Assembly (NCBI GenBank): GCA_000934665.2
Contig: JYFJ02001507.1
Location: forward strand, 57,313 to 77,312
From: Catajapyx aquilonaris
Taxonomy: Eukaryota
Direction: 5' to 3'
DNA: 20,000 bases
In this document: piece after piece, positions 1 to 11,061 of the stretch
Layout of the letters: each line of letters opens with the position of its first letter
Position numbering within the stretch: the stretch's first letter is position 1
The notes under the pieces: generated by a model
Told to the model about the DNA's origin: nothing
What the model saw: the letters and a program-made list of their open reading frames with translations, nothing else
The model's database searches: none
Made by a program: the position numbers and the translations under genes

Positions 1-748
1 TTAAAAATTACTACAATTGATTAGTATTGCAGTTAATTACTTAGTAAAATTATTAAAAACTGAATTGTTATTAAATATTAATTTAAATCAGGAAACTAAA
101 TACAAATTAGAAAGTTAACTGAGAATTAGAAAATTAATTAAAATTGAAAATATTGTTATTAATATAATTAATTTTTTGTGACATCATGCTACAATTTTTA
201 AATAATTTAAAAAGAGTATTAGCATAGTTTGCGTCTTGGAGACTTGAACATTTCCTCTTTGCCTCTCAGTACATGCATTAAAAATATTCCAGTCATCACT
301 GAAGAGTTTTATGATTATTATTATTAAAACACAAGCCAAAAAGAAAGAAAGAAAATGCGCCAATGCTGTTTTAAATGTCAGGAGGCAAAAGTACGTTAAT
401 CATTCCTCCTTATTTCAGGACGCCTGTGAGGGTGCATAAAGTTGCCCTGGAATTATAATAAAAAAAAAGCAAATACACTTATCTCATTGAAATTTGGGCC
501 CAAGTGCAAATTTATTTTCACACTGTGTCCGAGAGTTCAACTTGGAAGGATCCATCCCCCATAAAAAGAATAATGTGTGTGTTTCAATTTTGAGACCATC
601 ATGGGTTTGTTGCATTAGTATTTTTTAAGTACTTTTACGGCGCTGAATGATCAACTTAATTTATATATTTTTTCAATTATTTTTGATAGGCGCTAATTGC
701 AGAAAAAAAGAGCTGACCGTGCAACGCATTTTGATTTTCCAATTGCAG

Positions 749-3387
749 AAATACGGACAGAGCCGCAGAAGCTCGTCTTCTAGCAGCTCCTCCTCAGCAT
801 CGTCGGATTCCAGTGCTGAGGTGGAAAAGAAGTGTAAGTCATTCACACTGGAAAAAAAGTCGCCTGCTTTTTTGTTCGGTTTGTGTTGTTGCATGGAACA
901 TTTTTTTTTTTTGGCATGATGCTTTTTGCAGCACCGAAGAAGAAGAAGCCTCGTAAAAAGGAGCCTTCAACCCCACCAGGTATGGCCAGCTTCGTTTAAT
1001 TTAATTTAATTATCTTGCATCCAGCATCTTCCGATGTTTCCGCATCTGACGAGATGATAGGAGCCAATTAATTATCTATTTGCGCAGGTGATGACGAAGA
1101 AGATCGTGCCAACCTTGTGAAGCAAAGGGATGTGTACTTGCAAAAATTGGCAGTTTTGGAGCAGCAAGAAGTGTTGCTTGCAAAGCAGCTGGCCGACCTA
1201 CGACGCGGACAAGACAACAATCCGACATTACTTCAGGAGAATTTGCGGCTACAGGTAGACTTTTGTAATTAGTGTAAGAGGCAATTTAGGCTAATCGATC
1301 ATCATAAGTCGAGAAGTATTCATGATGTTGCTCTAATTGCTAATGACTAATTTTTTTGTAAGATGATCCAATCAGTCAGGAATGAAAGGTGCAAGTCTCC
1401 GCCCCTTTATGGAAATTCTAGCTTGAGATGAAGTTTGAAGAGATCTCAACTCCAAATGAGTGAGATTCCTGCATGTTTACGTCAATGGTATGAATAAACA
1501 TTCACTTTTTAGACGTACATAATTGCAGATAAATTGACCTCGTCAAGGTTCACCTGGAAGTCTGATGGAATCGATTACGTAACGTGATGTTCAGGATGCT
1601 CGTTGTGTGAATTGGGACTTTGTGTAACTTTTTCTGTTCTTTTCTCTTTCAGACTGAAATCAAGAGCAAGGCACAAACCATTCGGGATGTTGTGAACAAG
1701 ATTAACATTGTCCTGGGCGATCCCGTGCTGGTAGAGAAGGAAGTGGTTGTTGAGCCGCCAGAGCCACCGCCAGTAATACTACCACCACCAAAGCCAGCTG
1801 TGCCGAAACTTCCAACACCAACGCCAGTGCCAGTGCCAGCCGTTGTGGAACCATCTCCTGAACGTGACTCCAATGCCGTTTGGCATATCCCTGCAAAAGT
1901 TGATTTCTTTGATTCAGGCCAACACTGGTGCAGAATCTGCAATGTGTTTCCGCTGACTATTAAAAGTCTGCTGAACCATTACATGAGCGAAGGGCACAGA
2001 GCTCAGATGCTTGTGAGTAATAACCAGCTGTATGTATTTAGCTGTCATGTTGTGTTCGAATTAATTGTGACGTAATCATATCCGATCCAATTTTGAGCTA
2101 CTAAACAAAGGAAGATGTCTTGCAGGAAAAGAAAGTGGAGGAGCAGCCGTGGCACCAACGGCAAACAAAAGACGGAGGTCCGGATGACCAAGAAGCGCTG
2201 GTGGCGTCGGGACTTGCAAAGAGGGAACCCCTGAAGGGCTGCCAGTTCTTTGTGCCAATGAGGGGCTGGTACTGCAAGCTGTGTGACTCCTGGATGGGAG
2301 ATCACCACTGCGTCACCAAGCATCTGCACAGCCAGAGACATAACGCCAACTACGCTGTGAGTTTTAAGCAAACTGAAACAGGCCATGTGTAACATTATGA
2401 TGTTTGGTAGCGATATGTCGAAGCACATCCGGACTGGGAGACCCGATACTGGTCAGAGAGGGCTGAAGCTCTGGAGGCGCTCGAGGAGGAAAAGGACGGA
2501 GTGCATAAGGCACCACGAGCTAAGGAGCCGCCTGCGCCGCCGCCTAAGGTGGAACCGCCATCGTACGATCCGCTGCCTGAAAAGGAGTTCAGGAATCCTC
2601 CGAAGCGCAACCAGGAGGAAGAAGACGCCTGGAGCCGCAGCATCCGAGTACAGATGCGCAACAAGCGTTGGAAAGAAGAGGCGCCGAGAGCCGAATCCAA
2701 GTGGGCTCCAGTCGACATCAGCAAGGAGAAGGATATGAAAAGGTATGGCTGTCTGCGTAACGAGGATAGGTCTACTTAATGTATCTCGACAGATTGCCAA
2801 CCGGGCGTGAGGACGGCGAGGACCGTCAAAAGCACCGGCGTCATCACCATCATCGCTACAACAAATCAGATGAAGAGGACGGTCCTAGTACGCCTCCTGA
2901 CCACAAACGGAAGTCGATGGAGCAACGGACTCCACGGGCCAGACATAGCCCTGGAAAGGACATGCGAGCCACGAAGCGACCTCCGCCGCCTAAGCATGAT
3001 CCGAACCGTTCTAGGGTGAAGCTGCCGTTCATCGGACGCATGCCTGTACTCCGCACGGCCCGGAAAAAGGAGCCGACGCCACCTAAACAGACCCAGCCAC
3101 CGCCGCAACCTAAACTTCCTCCGCCGCCTCCATCTCCTCCGCTCCCTGCACTTCCTCCAACCCTGCCACCCGCACCGCCTCCAGCCCCTGTCCACTACAT
3201 GATGTATTCACAGCCGATCTTCCCGCAGCCTATGACAGAATATGTCGCACCCATACCGGCCCCGTTGCCAGTGGCGGACCCTCCATTGCCACCACAGAAT
3301 ATGTTGAGTGCAGACGAGATCGAGGAGATGAGGATGCTGGGAATTGATGTCAACGATGCTGCAGCGCAGGCTTTATCCACGCGCTGA
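749..3387 (+). CDS. 3' portion of a matrin/U1-type C2H2 zinc-finger protein (ZNF318 / Drosophila CG9776-like); 5' exons lie upstream or are unresolved
   Basis: GT-AG exons 749-833, 932-979, 1088-1254, 1653-2012, 2126-2356, 2411-2742, 2793-3387 join in one frame (1818 nt). Encodes a Ser-rich/basic segment, a coiled-coil-like stretch (KQRDVYLQKLAVLEQQ...LLQENLRLQ), two matrin-like fingers (FFDSGQHWCRICN..LLNHYMSEGH; FFVPMRGWYCKLC..KHLHSQRHNANY) and a Pro-rich tail. Orthology is from recalled similarity. Confidence 0.8.
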
Positions 3388-3430
3388 TTGCAGGCATGAA
3401 AAAAAACACTTACTTTTTTTTTTGGATGTT

Positions 3431-3436
3431 TTTATT
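3431..3436 (-). terminator. Putative polyadenylation signal of KPTN
   Basis: TTTATT on + (AATAAA on -), ~60 nt past the KPTN stop at 3497. Confidence 0.55.
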
Positions 3437-3484
3437 GTAGCACCCCTTTTGTCTGCCCCATTCATTTACAATGGACCAATCGAG

Positions 3485-3490
3485 AATAAA
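3485..3490 (+). terminator. Putative polyadenylation signal of the zinc-finger gene
   Basis: First AATAAA downstream of the stop codon at 3387. Confidence 0.55.
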
Positions 3491-3496
3491 TGGCGT

Positions 3497-5209
3497 CTAT
3501 GTAGACTTATGTTGGAGTCGTAACAGGTTTTGAAGTCGGCCGAGTAGAAGTTGGCTCACGTCTTCTGGGTTGTGCTGTTTGGTACAAGTCACGTTAGCGT
3601 TAACCAGTTATTAAATTTAATTACACAGCTGACCTGTAGTATGTGAAGTCCGTGGGCAGTTAGGACGACAAACTCATTCAGGACGTCCCCGGTTATGTCC
3701 AGGTAGTCCAGCGAAAGGATTGGATTTGCGAAGCTCCGTTGCCAGGACAGCTCCCAGCTTCCCTTCACTAGGGAGTAGTTGTATACAAGCAGCTCCTGGC
3801 CGTACGTCCCCAGCAGGATCTCCTTCCGTCCATCCATGTCCACGTCCGCAAGTGTCGAGCACAGCACTGTGTCGAATCTCTCGCTCTTAGGAAGTGTGGA
3901 TACGCTGCTCAGCCCATTAGCCGACACATCGCTGCAAAATACACACTGCTCATCCTGCATACTGAAGCGTGTGGTACTTACTTGTACACACAAGACGGCT
4001 CCAGCGAATTTGTAACTAGAAGATTAACCGGACTTGGGCTTTCATCCGTGTCCGGTCGCCACTGTAAAAAATCCGGCGCTTTCATTCGGACGGTCAGCTC
4101 AAACAGCCGCACGGATGTGATTGGTCCGGAATGCTGGACATCCCAACTTCCGGTGATGAACTGCCCTTCCACTTTGAACACCCGGACTGCGCCGCACTCG
4201 CACCCGACTGCGGACAGTCTGCGCCCGTCCATCGCCTTGACATCCATCCAAAGCACGGTGCTGGGAAACGGTTGAGCAAACTCGGGGAACAGCTCTCGGG
4301 CACTGCTTGTCTCCTGGTAGCGATGGTTGGCTGGGTCCTCCCTGTACACGTGCACCATGTGGTCGCTCCCACTCAGCAGCCAGGTGTACTCATCGCCTGT
4401 CAGCGTGTGGAACAGATGGTACGGCACAAAGTCCAGCTCCAGCGACAGGCAGCTCTGCGCAACAGTCTCGAGGTCAAGGCGACTCCCGGATTCCCAGTCA
4501 GTGTAGATGTTCAAGTAATGACTAGACTCATTCTCTCCACTCTGCGGAAATTATGCAATGAGCAATGACATGGTGCCCGGCAAGTGCACATGCAACTATA
4601 ATTACATATACTCGCACATTAATAACTTTAAAATTATATTAAATGATTAAAACATAAGTAATGTACAAACAACTGAAATCGCAATGGAAAATAAATGATT
4701 ATGTATAAGAAATGACAATAAATCCGTGACGTGCAGTACACCTTTGTGATGGTGATTCCGATGACAAAGTCGTTGCTGGTGAGTGACTTGTTGAAGGCGT
4801 CGATGGCGATGATCTCTGCCCCGCTTGGGATGTAGGTGAAGGGCACCTCCTTGGCGGCGGGGACTATGAGCCCCGGCTCCAGGCCCTGCACGTACTCGAA
4901 GGAGAAGACCTTCCTCTGCTGGGAGCTGGCCACCAGCAGCCTGTTGCTGAGCAGCGTCCCGCCCGGCCTGGTGCAGCAGCTGGTCTCCACCACGGTGCAC
5001 AGCCTGCACAGGGTGTACACGTTGGGCTGGGAGGGAAGGGCGAAGAGGTGGGCGTCCACCATGCAGCACAGTCTGCCGGACTGACCTCCTCTTCTGGTGC
5101 TGGTCTCTTCATCCTCATGGGCTGATGGTGGTGGGGGTGCTGCTGGTGGTGGTGCTGGATCTTCAGGAGGGAGAGGTTGTGAAGAGACCTGTTCAACCTC
5201 TGACTCCAT
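3497..5209 (-). CDS. KPTN: Kaptin, KICSTOR complex subunit (~467 aa, 4 exons)
   Basis: Exons 5209-4742, 4541-3982, 3931-3634, 3574-3497 (1404 nt, in frame, GT-AG). Kaptin motifs: SQPNVY, KEVPFTYIPSGAEIIAIDAFNKS, FVIGIT, LNIY, AQSCLSLELDFVPYHLFH, LLSGSDHMVH, DVDMDGRKEILLGTYGQELLVY, GLHILQH. Confidence 0.93.
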
Positions 5210-5262
5210 TTACTATAATGATACCATCGATCAGAAGAGCTTCGAATCGTCCGCACTTTTTT

Positions 5263-5283
5263 TTCGAAAAAATTGCGCCAAAA
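5263..5283 (-). promoter_or_regulatory. E2F-like plus CHR-like motif pair in the KPTN proximal promoter
   Basis: Minus strand reads TTTTGGCGC-AATTTT-TTCGAA, 55-75 nt upstream of the ATG. Confidence 0.3.
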
Positions 5284-5330
5284 GGTTCATGTAGAGTCGA
5301 GAAGAAGAACAAAACAAAAAACAAAAATAA

Positions 5331-5396
5331 TGTATGTACTGTACACGAACTAGTACCGTTATGTGTATGTACTGTACATGAACTATAGTACTGTTA
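5331..5396. repeat. Imperfect ~33-bp tandem duplication
   Basis: TGTATGTACTGTACACGAACTAGTACCGTTA (5331-5361) and TGTATGTACTGTACATGAACTATAGTACTGTTA (5364-5396). Confidence 0.8.
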
Positions 5397-5924
5397 ATTT
5401 GTTGCAATATTTTGCATGTGTCAGTAGCTGTAGCGTGCCTAGGTCCCTCGAGGGGCTGGATGGCACGTCATTTTTCCTGCTAAGTAACATTCAATTTTAT
5501 GGGCCACATTATTAACAAAGTTTTGCCCAATATTGTTTATTATTACTTTGATTAAATAATTCACTCTCTAGAGGCCACATTTCATTTGTTCAATAATTGT
5601 TTATGACTCCTGATGTAAATGAGTTTTTAATTATTTAAACAAAAAAAAAAAAGGCAGGAAAAGCGTCCCGCACCATGAGTTGGAGCCTTGTCGCCGGCGG
5701 TGTGGCTTTTCATCAATCCAGCTCGCACACCATTGTCGTGACTCACGTAAACATGCGCAAGACATGTGTCGTGTGTGTTTACATGAGTCATGACAAACAC
5801 TTTAATTTGTTTTCTTCCTTTAAATTATCTGTGAGCACCATATTGTCCTGCTGCCAGGTGCCTGCCTATGGAAGGCCCGGCCCGAGAAAGAGGAGCGGGT
5901 GATTGAGGTCCCCAATGGATGCGG

Positions 5925-5952
5925 CATAGACCTTAGAGCTCTAAGGTCTATG
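5925..5952. repeat. Perfect 28-bp palindrome
   Basis: CATAGACCTTAGAG/CTCTAAGGTCTATG is its own reverse complement. Confidence 0.95.
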
Positions 5953-6755
5953 GTATTAACATCATAAAATGTGAGGAAATTCTGAAAAGTTCTGAGAGAT
6001 GAGTATATGTTAATAACACTTCTTGGCTTACAAAAAGGGCTTGTAACCTTTATTACAAAATGAAAAATTAATTACTGTACAGTGATAATTTGTTCGTTCT
6101 TGAAACGTGCAATCATTACAACGAAAATCATCACAACAAAAAGGACACGTACGGTTTTTAAATAAGTCACAAAATTGGATGGATGTGGTGTGTTGTGCAA
6201 TTTTACACAAACAAACCATCAACATTTGGCAAATTCATCGGTGATCATCATGTCTGGTTGTGATGTAAACAGGTCGAAAACATTCCTGTTCGTCAACGTT
6301 TGAAAAAAGTTCTCACTATATGTGCACACCTGTGAAAAGTTATTGAAATAAACATTCTTCATATCGTAACAACCGTTTTTAACGTTAACCCTTTGAAACT
6401 CATACCGGAAAACATTACGTGCTATTTTTTTGGTCATAGGCATTTGATATGTGACTTATCACATATGTACAGCGTTCCAACGTCACATAAACATGTGGCA
6501 GTGATTTGGCAACGTATCTTTTGTAGTTAAAGCCAAACTTAAACACTATCGGGAATGATAGTTCAAAAATTTCTAACTGCCTGAGAGACTAGAATTCGAT
6601 GACTAGTTACCAGTACCGTATTGAAAAAGAGTCTACTGGAATGTCGTTTAAAATTTAGTTTCAAAAATTGAGGATTTCAAATACTGCGAATTCGCTACAA
6701 TTTAAAGATGGTAGTGAAGAGAAAAGTTCTGTTTAAGTATGAGTTTAACGTGTGC

Positions 6756-9454
6756 TCATCTGCAGTACACGAGGACCCGGTTTCCGACCCGTCCCTTCGA
6801 GAAGTGCGAATTGAACAAATCCTTGCAGAGTCGGAATCCTCGGCTGTCCATGAAGTCGGTCACATTCTTCCTAAGTACGTCGAACAATACCACATGAGTT
6901 GGAAGCGACTCGCTATCGCTGTAACTGTCCTCCAGCCAGTTTAGGGGCGACCGATAAAAAACATCGGCCTCGTCAATGTAATCATCTTTATGGTCGAAAT
7001 TGGGCTCGCAGGTCAGGAAACGAGCAGGCACGTTGACATGTAAGTGACTGCAATGATAAGCGGATTACAAACGGTTGAAGGTACGCCAATAGACGTTACT
7101 TGCCTGTACAAAGGTGTCGAGTGGCAAGGCATCAGGAAGAGCAGGCTTGTGTTTTTAGAGGTACGACTCTCCTCGGACAGGTACTGCATTACGTCCACGG
7201 TTCCTCGTTGGTGCAACAGAGCAAAGTAAAGCGCCATGCCGATGTTCAGAAGAAGGCAAAAGGCCATGGTGATCTTGAGCAGGCCCAGAAACTCCTTGGG
7301 ATGGTCCTTGTCTGCGCCGGTCGTGAGTCTTTGCAGGTACGACCCGCACAGACCGCACATGAACGGCAATATCGGGAGGATGAACCGGAACTCTTTGTGC
7401 GGCAGGCAGCTAAAAAGGAGCGGTGTAATCACACCCAAGCGTACTGGCAGAAACAGAAGAGTAAAATGCAAGCCGAGAGCATTCGCAATGTAACTAATTA
7501 TTACTGTGTATCAAAGCAGCGAACACTCTCGACGTCTACTAGAAACAGTGACAGAGAATGAAGCAGGCAAAAAAAGTGAGGCGGGAGTCCCCAAAAATAC
7601 CTGTACACCGCAAGTGTCCACAGAATGACAGACAGCAAAACTTTCTGATTACCACGTATCTGTAACACGGCCAAGGCAAAGATGACGAGGTGTGGCCCCA
7701 AAACAACAGGCAGTCCCTGAGTGAAGTACCAGTGCCAGGGGTGCACCCCGTAAAATGAACCTTGACCCGACACTACGTTAAACTCCAAGAAATTCCACAT
7801 CACAAACGTCCACTTCTCGTAGCACAGGTAGTCCAACACACTCGAGATCAACAGAGACATCAGTCTGTAAGGAGAGAGTAACGAGTTAACTAACTGAAAA
7901 CGCTTGATTAAATGTTAGGTTAGGCTTGGCTGTGTGAGGTCATGTTTATTAAATTAAATTAATAATTATTAAGCTATTGAATATTGTAATTATTTAATTG
8001 ATTAGTAATTTTATATGGATTTAATATTTATCTAGTAATTTTATATGGATTTCATATTTATTTTGTAATTTTATAATGTTGATTTAACATTTAATAAGTT
8101 ATTAATAATTGATTTAATAATCAGTAATTTAACTGCTTTAATCAGTAATTATTTCATTTAAAACTGATATTTAATTCCCTAATTAGCAACTGATTTAATA
8201 AATAATTCAATGACATGTTAATAATATCATTTAATAATTGATTTCATAATTAGTAATTAAATTACAGAAATAATAATGAATTAATCGTTTAATATGTCAA
8301 TAATTTCATATAATAATTAATGTGAAATTCTAATAATTAATACAAATTAAATTAGAAATAATAATTTCATAAATTCACATAATAATTTCAGAAACTCACA
8401 TAACAATTTCATATATTCACATAATAATTTAATGTATTCATTTCATAATTAGTAATTTAATTAAGGATTATATAATTAATAATCGGGGACTAGGTTAGGT
8501 TATTATGCTAGGTGAGGTTCGGTTACCCGAACCAAAGCCTACCCGATGGTGGCGTAGTTGAATACAGTGCTGCATAATTGATATTTGGTGCGCCAGAGAT
8601 GGTAAACGCAGAGTGGGAACCAGACAATTGCAGCAGTGGGACGTATGAGGCACGCCAGGCACACCAGGGAAAGGTACTTGACGGGCGATTTATCTGAAAC
8701 GTTTGCAACCATCATCATTTTGGTCAACTCCTTCACAAGGCAGCCGCACACACCTTCCTGCCCGACCCACGGGTAGTAATAAAGGGCGATGCCGGTCAGC
8801 CCAGTCTCCACCGTGTTGGTCAAGGTCCTGGACCCGGAGTAGAACCAGAACCAGGAGGTCAACAGGCAGAAGGAGGTCCACTTGAAGCTCTCCTTACCAA
8901 AGTTCTGGCTCATGAACATGGCCGTGCAATGATCCCCAACCGCACTCAACGTCGCCTGAAGCACACGTGGCAGCGTAACCTGCAGAAACATTAAAAATAA
9001 TTACACGCCTGCCACATCCTACATATTATACAACTATATGACGACACGTTGCAACATGGTAACGATGGCATCAAAAAGCAACGATTGATCACATTGAAAG
9101 AGGCGATGCTCTGCTGCTGCTGCAGTGTTTGTAGCGTACGACATACACACTTACGAGGACCACGTATGAGTCTAGTCCGAGCGTGTGGCATGCTCTGTAC
9201 CCGAGTGCGAAGACCAGCGGGTATATGTAGGAGCGTATCCCCTTCTCCCACTCCCAGGTGAGGTACCCGTAGCCGTAGGCCAGGCGGTGGGCCACCTCCA
9301 GCGACTGCCAGTACTCGTCCGGCACGAAGGCCGTCTGGACCAGGAAGGCCGAGGAGAGCCTGATGGCCATGAAGCAGATGAGCATGCGGGTCTCCCTTCC
9401 CCTGGGCACCACCGCTGGGCAAGGAGGGCAGCCGAAGTCGCACAGGAGGTCCAT
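6756..9454 (-). CDS. PIGB: GPI mannosyltransferase 3 (PIG-B, glycosyltransferase family 22; ~512 aa, 6 exons)
   Basis: Exons 9454-9155, 8979-8754, 8693-8543, 7864-7601, 7409-7104, 7047-6756 (1539 nt, in frame). Motifs VQTAFVPDEYWQSLEVAH, YGYLTWEW, SRTLTN, IRPT, FYGVHPWHWYFTQG, HKEFRF, HQRG, LMPCHSTP. The last intron is GC-AG. The start codon is somewhat uncertain. Confidence 0.95.
7915..8525. repeat. Extremely AT-rich low-complexity tract in PIGB intron 3, bracketed by GGTTA-type short repeats
   Basis: Repeated TAAT/AATT words over ~7950-8480; TTAGGTTAGG at ~7915 and TAGGTTAGGTTA...TAGGTGAGGTTCGGTTA at ~8491-8525. Confidence 0.6.
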
Positions 9455-9554
9455 TCCTTCCTCTTCCTCTTGCCTTTTCCAGTGGTTGCTTCAATGCACC
9501 AGACTGCAGTTCATGCTGCACCAACAACGATCCGTATCGCAGTAGAGCGGAGGA

Positions 9555-9598
9555 GGACCGTAAACTGTCATGGCGGACCGTAAACTGTCATGGCGGAC
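9555..9598. repeat. Exact 20-bp tandem duplication upstream of PIGB
   Basis: GGACCGTAAACTGTCATGGC x2 followed by GGAC. Confidence 0.95.
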
Positions 9599-9599
9599 G

Positions 9600-9660
9600 G
9601 TTGATGACGCGTACCAATCAGATTGAATGTGCGCCAATCGAAATGTACGGATCGATGGAC
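9600..9660 (-). promoter_or_regulatory. Probable PIGB proximal promoter
   Basis: Two CCAATC boxes (~9615, ~9634), TGACG and ATCGAT cores in a CpG-rich patch 150-200 nt upstream of the ATG. Confidence 0.4.
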
Positions 9661-10558
9661 GCAGTTTACACGTTCTAGTCACGGACAGTGTGAATACAGT
9701 ACTGTACACAGTACATGTGAAAATATGGAATGTTCCAAAACAAAAAAGGGTTTTGACACTATAAAACCAAAATCAGACAGTTTATGATGAGTTAAAAAGT
9801 AAGCCTGTACAGTAGGGCTATGGTAAAAAGCCGTATAAAATGTAAAACATAATATGGTCAGGGCGGGTCAGGGTATACACACCTGTTTCAAAAAAAATAA
9901 CCTGAAAAGTTGTTCAGGAATGCAGGTATTGTCCATAAGTAACTAATGCAGGAAGTAGAGTAGTAAACCAAAATTATTATTGGCATCTTTAGTTTTCCCT
10001 TCATTAATTCATTACATCGCAGCATTAATCCTGTAATGGGGTAGCCGCAGCAGCGATGACCAGTGTACACAGTACACTGAGCCAATCCCTATCGACCGAC
10101 AATGAAATCTTTTTGGTGAAATATCGGGTGCAATCTAAATCATACACCTTATTGTATACAATACAAGAATAACTGCTATCTCCAATAAAATAGAATGTCA
10201 ACATACAAAAAATGACTTACTAACTTGTAAGTTTCATTGTAGTAAACAAAAATTACCAAAAGTAGGTTTGTGTAGGATATAAATGTGTCAGATCACTATT
10301 TTTAACATGGGTCATATTTCATAAAAATCGTCCCAATAGCACCACGCTGAATCTGTACACAAAATAATAAGCACTCTTCTATGGCACTCAGGAAAAAATG
10401 AGAATACGCAAAAGGATCTATAGACACAGTAAATAACGCCCCAAATAGTTCAGCTGCTGGCATCGCAGGACACCAAAGATTGAGCACTCCACCCCAAAAA
10501 TTTAGTGAAGGTTCCTAGCATTTACTAAAAAGACACCTGGCCGCCTGGCGTAATTCAA

Positions 10559-10559
<1 letters not shown>

Positions 10560-10646
<87 letters not shown>
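10560..10646. repeat. (TTA)n microsatellite, ~29 units
   Basis: Uninterrupted trinucleotide run. Confidence 0.98.
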
Positions 10647-10667
10647 GGATGTCTGGTAGGGATAGTT

Positions 10668-10914
10668 CTGGAGCCTCATGTAAAAACCATGTATCTCTGA
10701 TTTGGCCATTTTGAGATATTGCACCTCAAAGTTCGAGATCTGCCATTAGTTCTTGCATAAATCATACTTGAAAAACTTGAATAACTTTGCAGGAAAACAA
10801 GTTAGAGAGACGTGGTTTGTACCAGTGGATAGAGCTTGAAAAGACCCGTCCAATTGTGGCCTACAAGTAAAAACCCAGTATGTTGAGTTACATGGTTTTT
10901 ACATGAGGCTCCAG
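10668..10914. mobile_element. MITE / non-autonomous DNA transposon, 247 bp
   Basis: Perfect 26-bp TIRs CTGGAGCCTCATGTAAAAACCATGTA (10668-10693) and its reverse complement (10889-10914), flanked by direct AGTT (10664-10667, 10915-10918); no internal coding capacity evident. Confidence 0.85.
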
Positions 10915-11061
10915 AGTTACACGCATATTGCAATAATTTTTTGGTCCCTCCAAAATATATTCCTGATAAATTATACTCTGTAAATAGGACGCATATATTC
11001 TATACTCTTGATAATAACAGCTGAGCAGTATTCTAGCATAATCTGCAACATCTTGGCATGA

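Noticed and set aside
1255..1652. Cryptic exons or a snoRNA in the longer intron of the zinc-finger gene
   Set aside because: AG/GT pairs exist (e.g. 1363-1388, 1422-1459) but are weak, and I found no convincing C/D box pair with a terminal stem.
2385..5256. Multiple overlapping alternative-frame ORFs in GC-rich exons
   Set aside because: Expected stop-codon scarcity in GC-rich coding DNA; fully explained by the spliced genes.
5591..5610. CAATAATTGTTTATG shared with ~12469-12483
   Set aside because: Short AT-rich match, at most a fragment of an old dispersed repeat; boundaries cannot be supported.
6015..6545. Possible transposon remnant rich in AACATT/AACGTT words
   Set aside because: No clear TIR, TSD or coding remnant could be defined by eye.
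7915..8525. TTAGG interstitial telomeric repeats
   Set aside because: Only 2-3 degenerate units at each site; better explained as common insect repeat remnants.
9491..9493. Selenocysteine recoding of the TGA upstream of PIGB
   Set aside because: PIG-B is not a known selenoprotein and no SECIS was recognised in the 3' region.
10515..10724. Poly-Asn ORF
   Set aside because: Artefact of the (TTA)n microsatellite and the MITE end.
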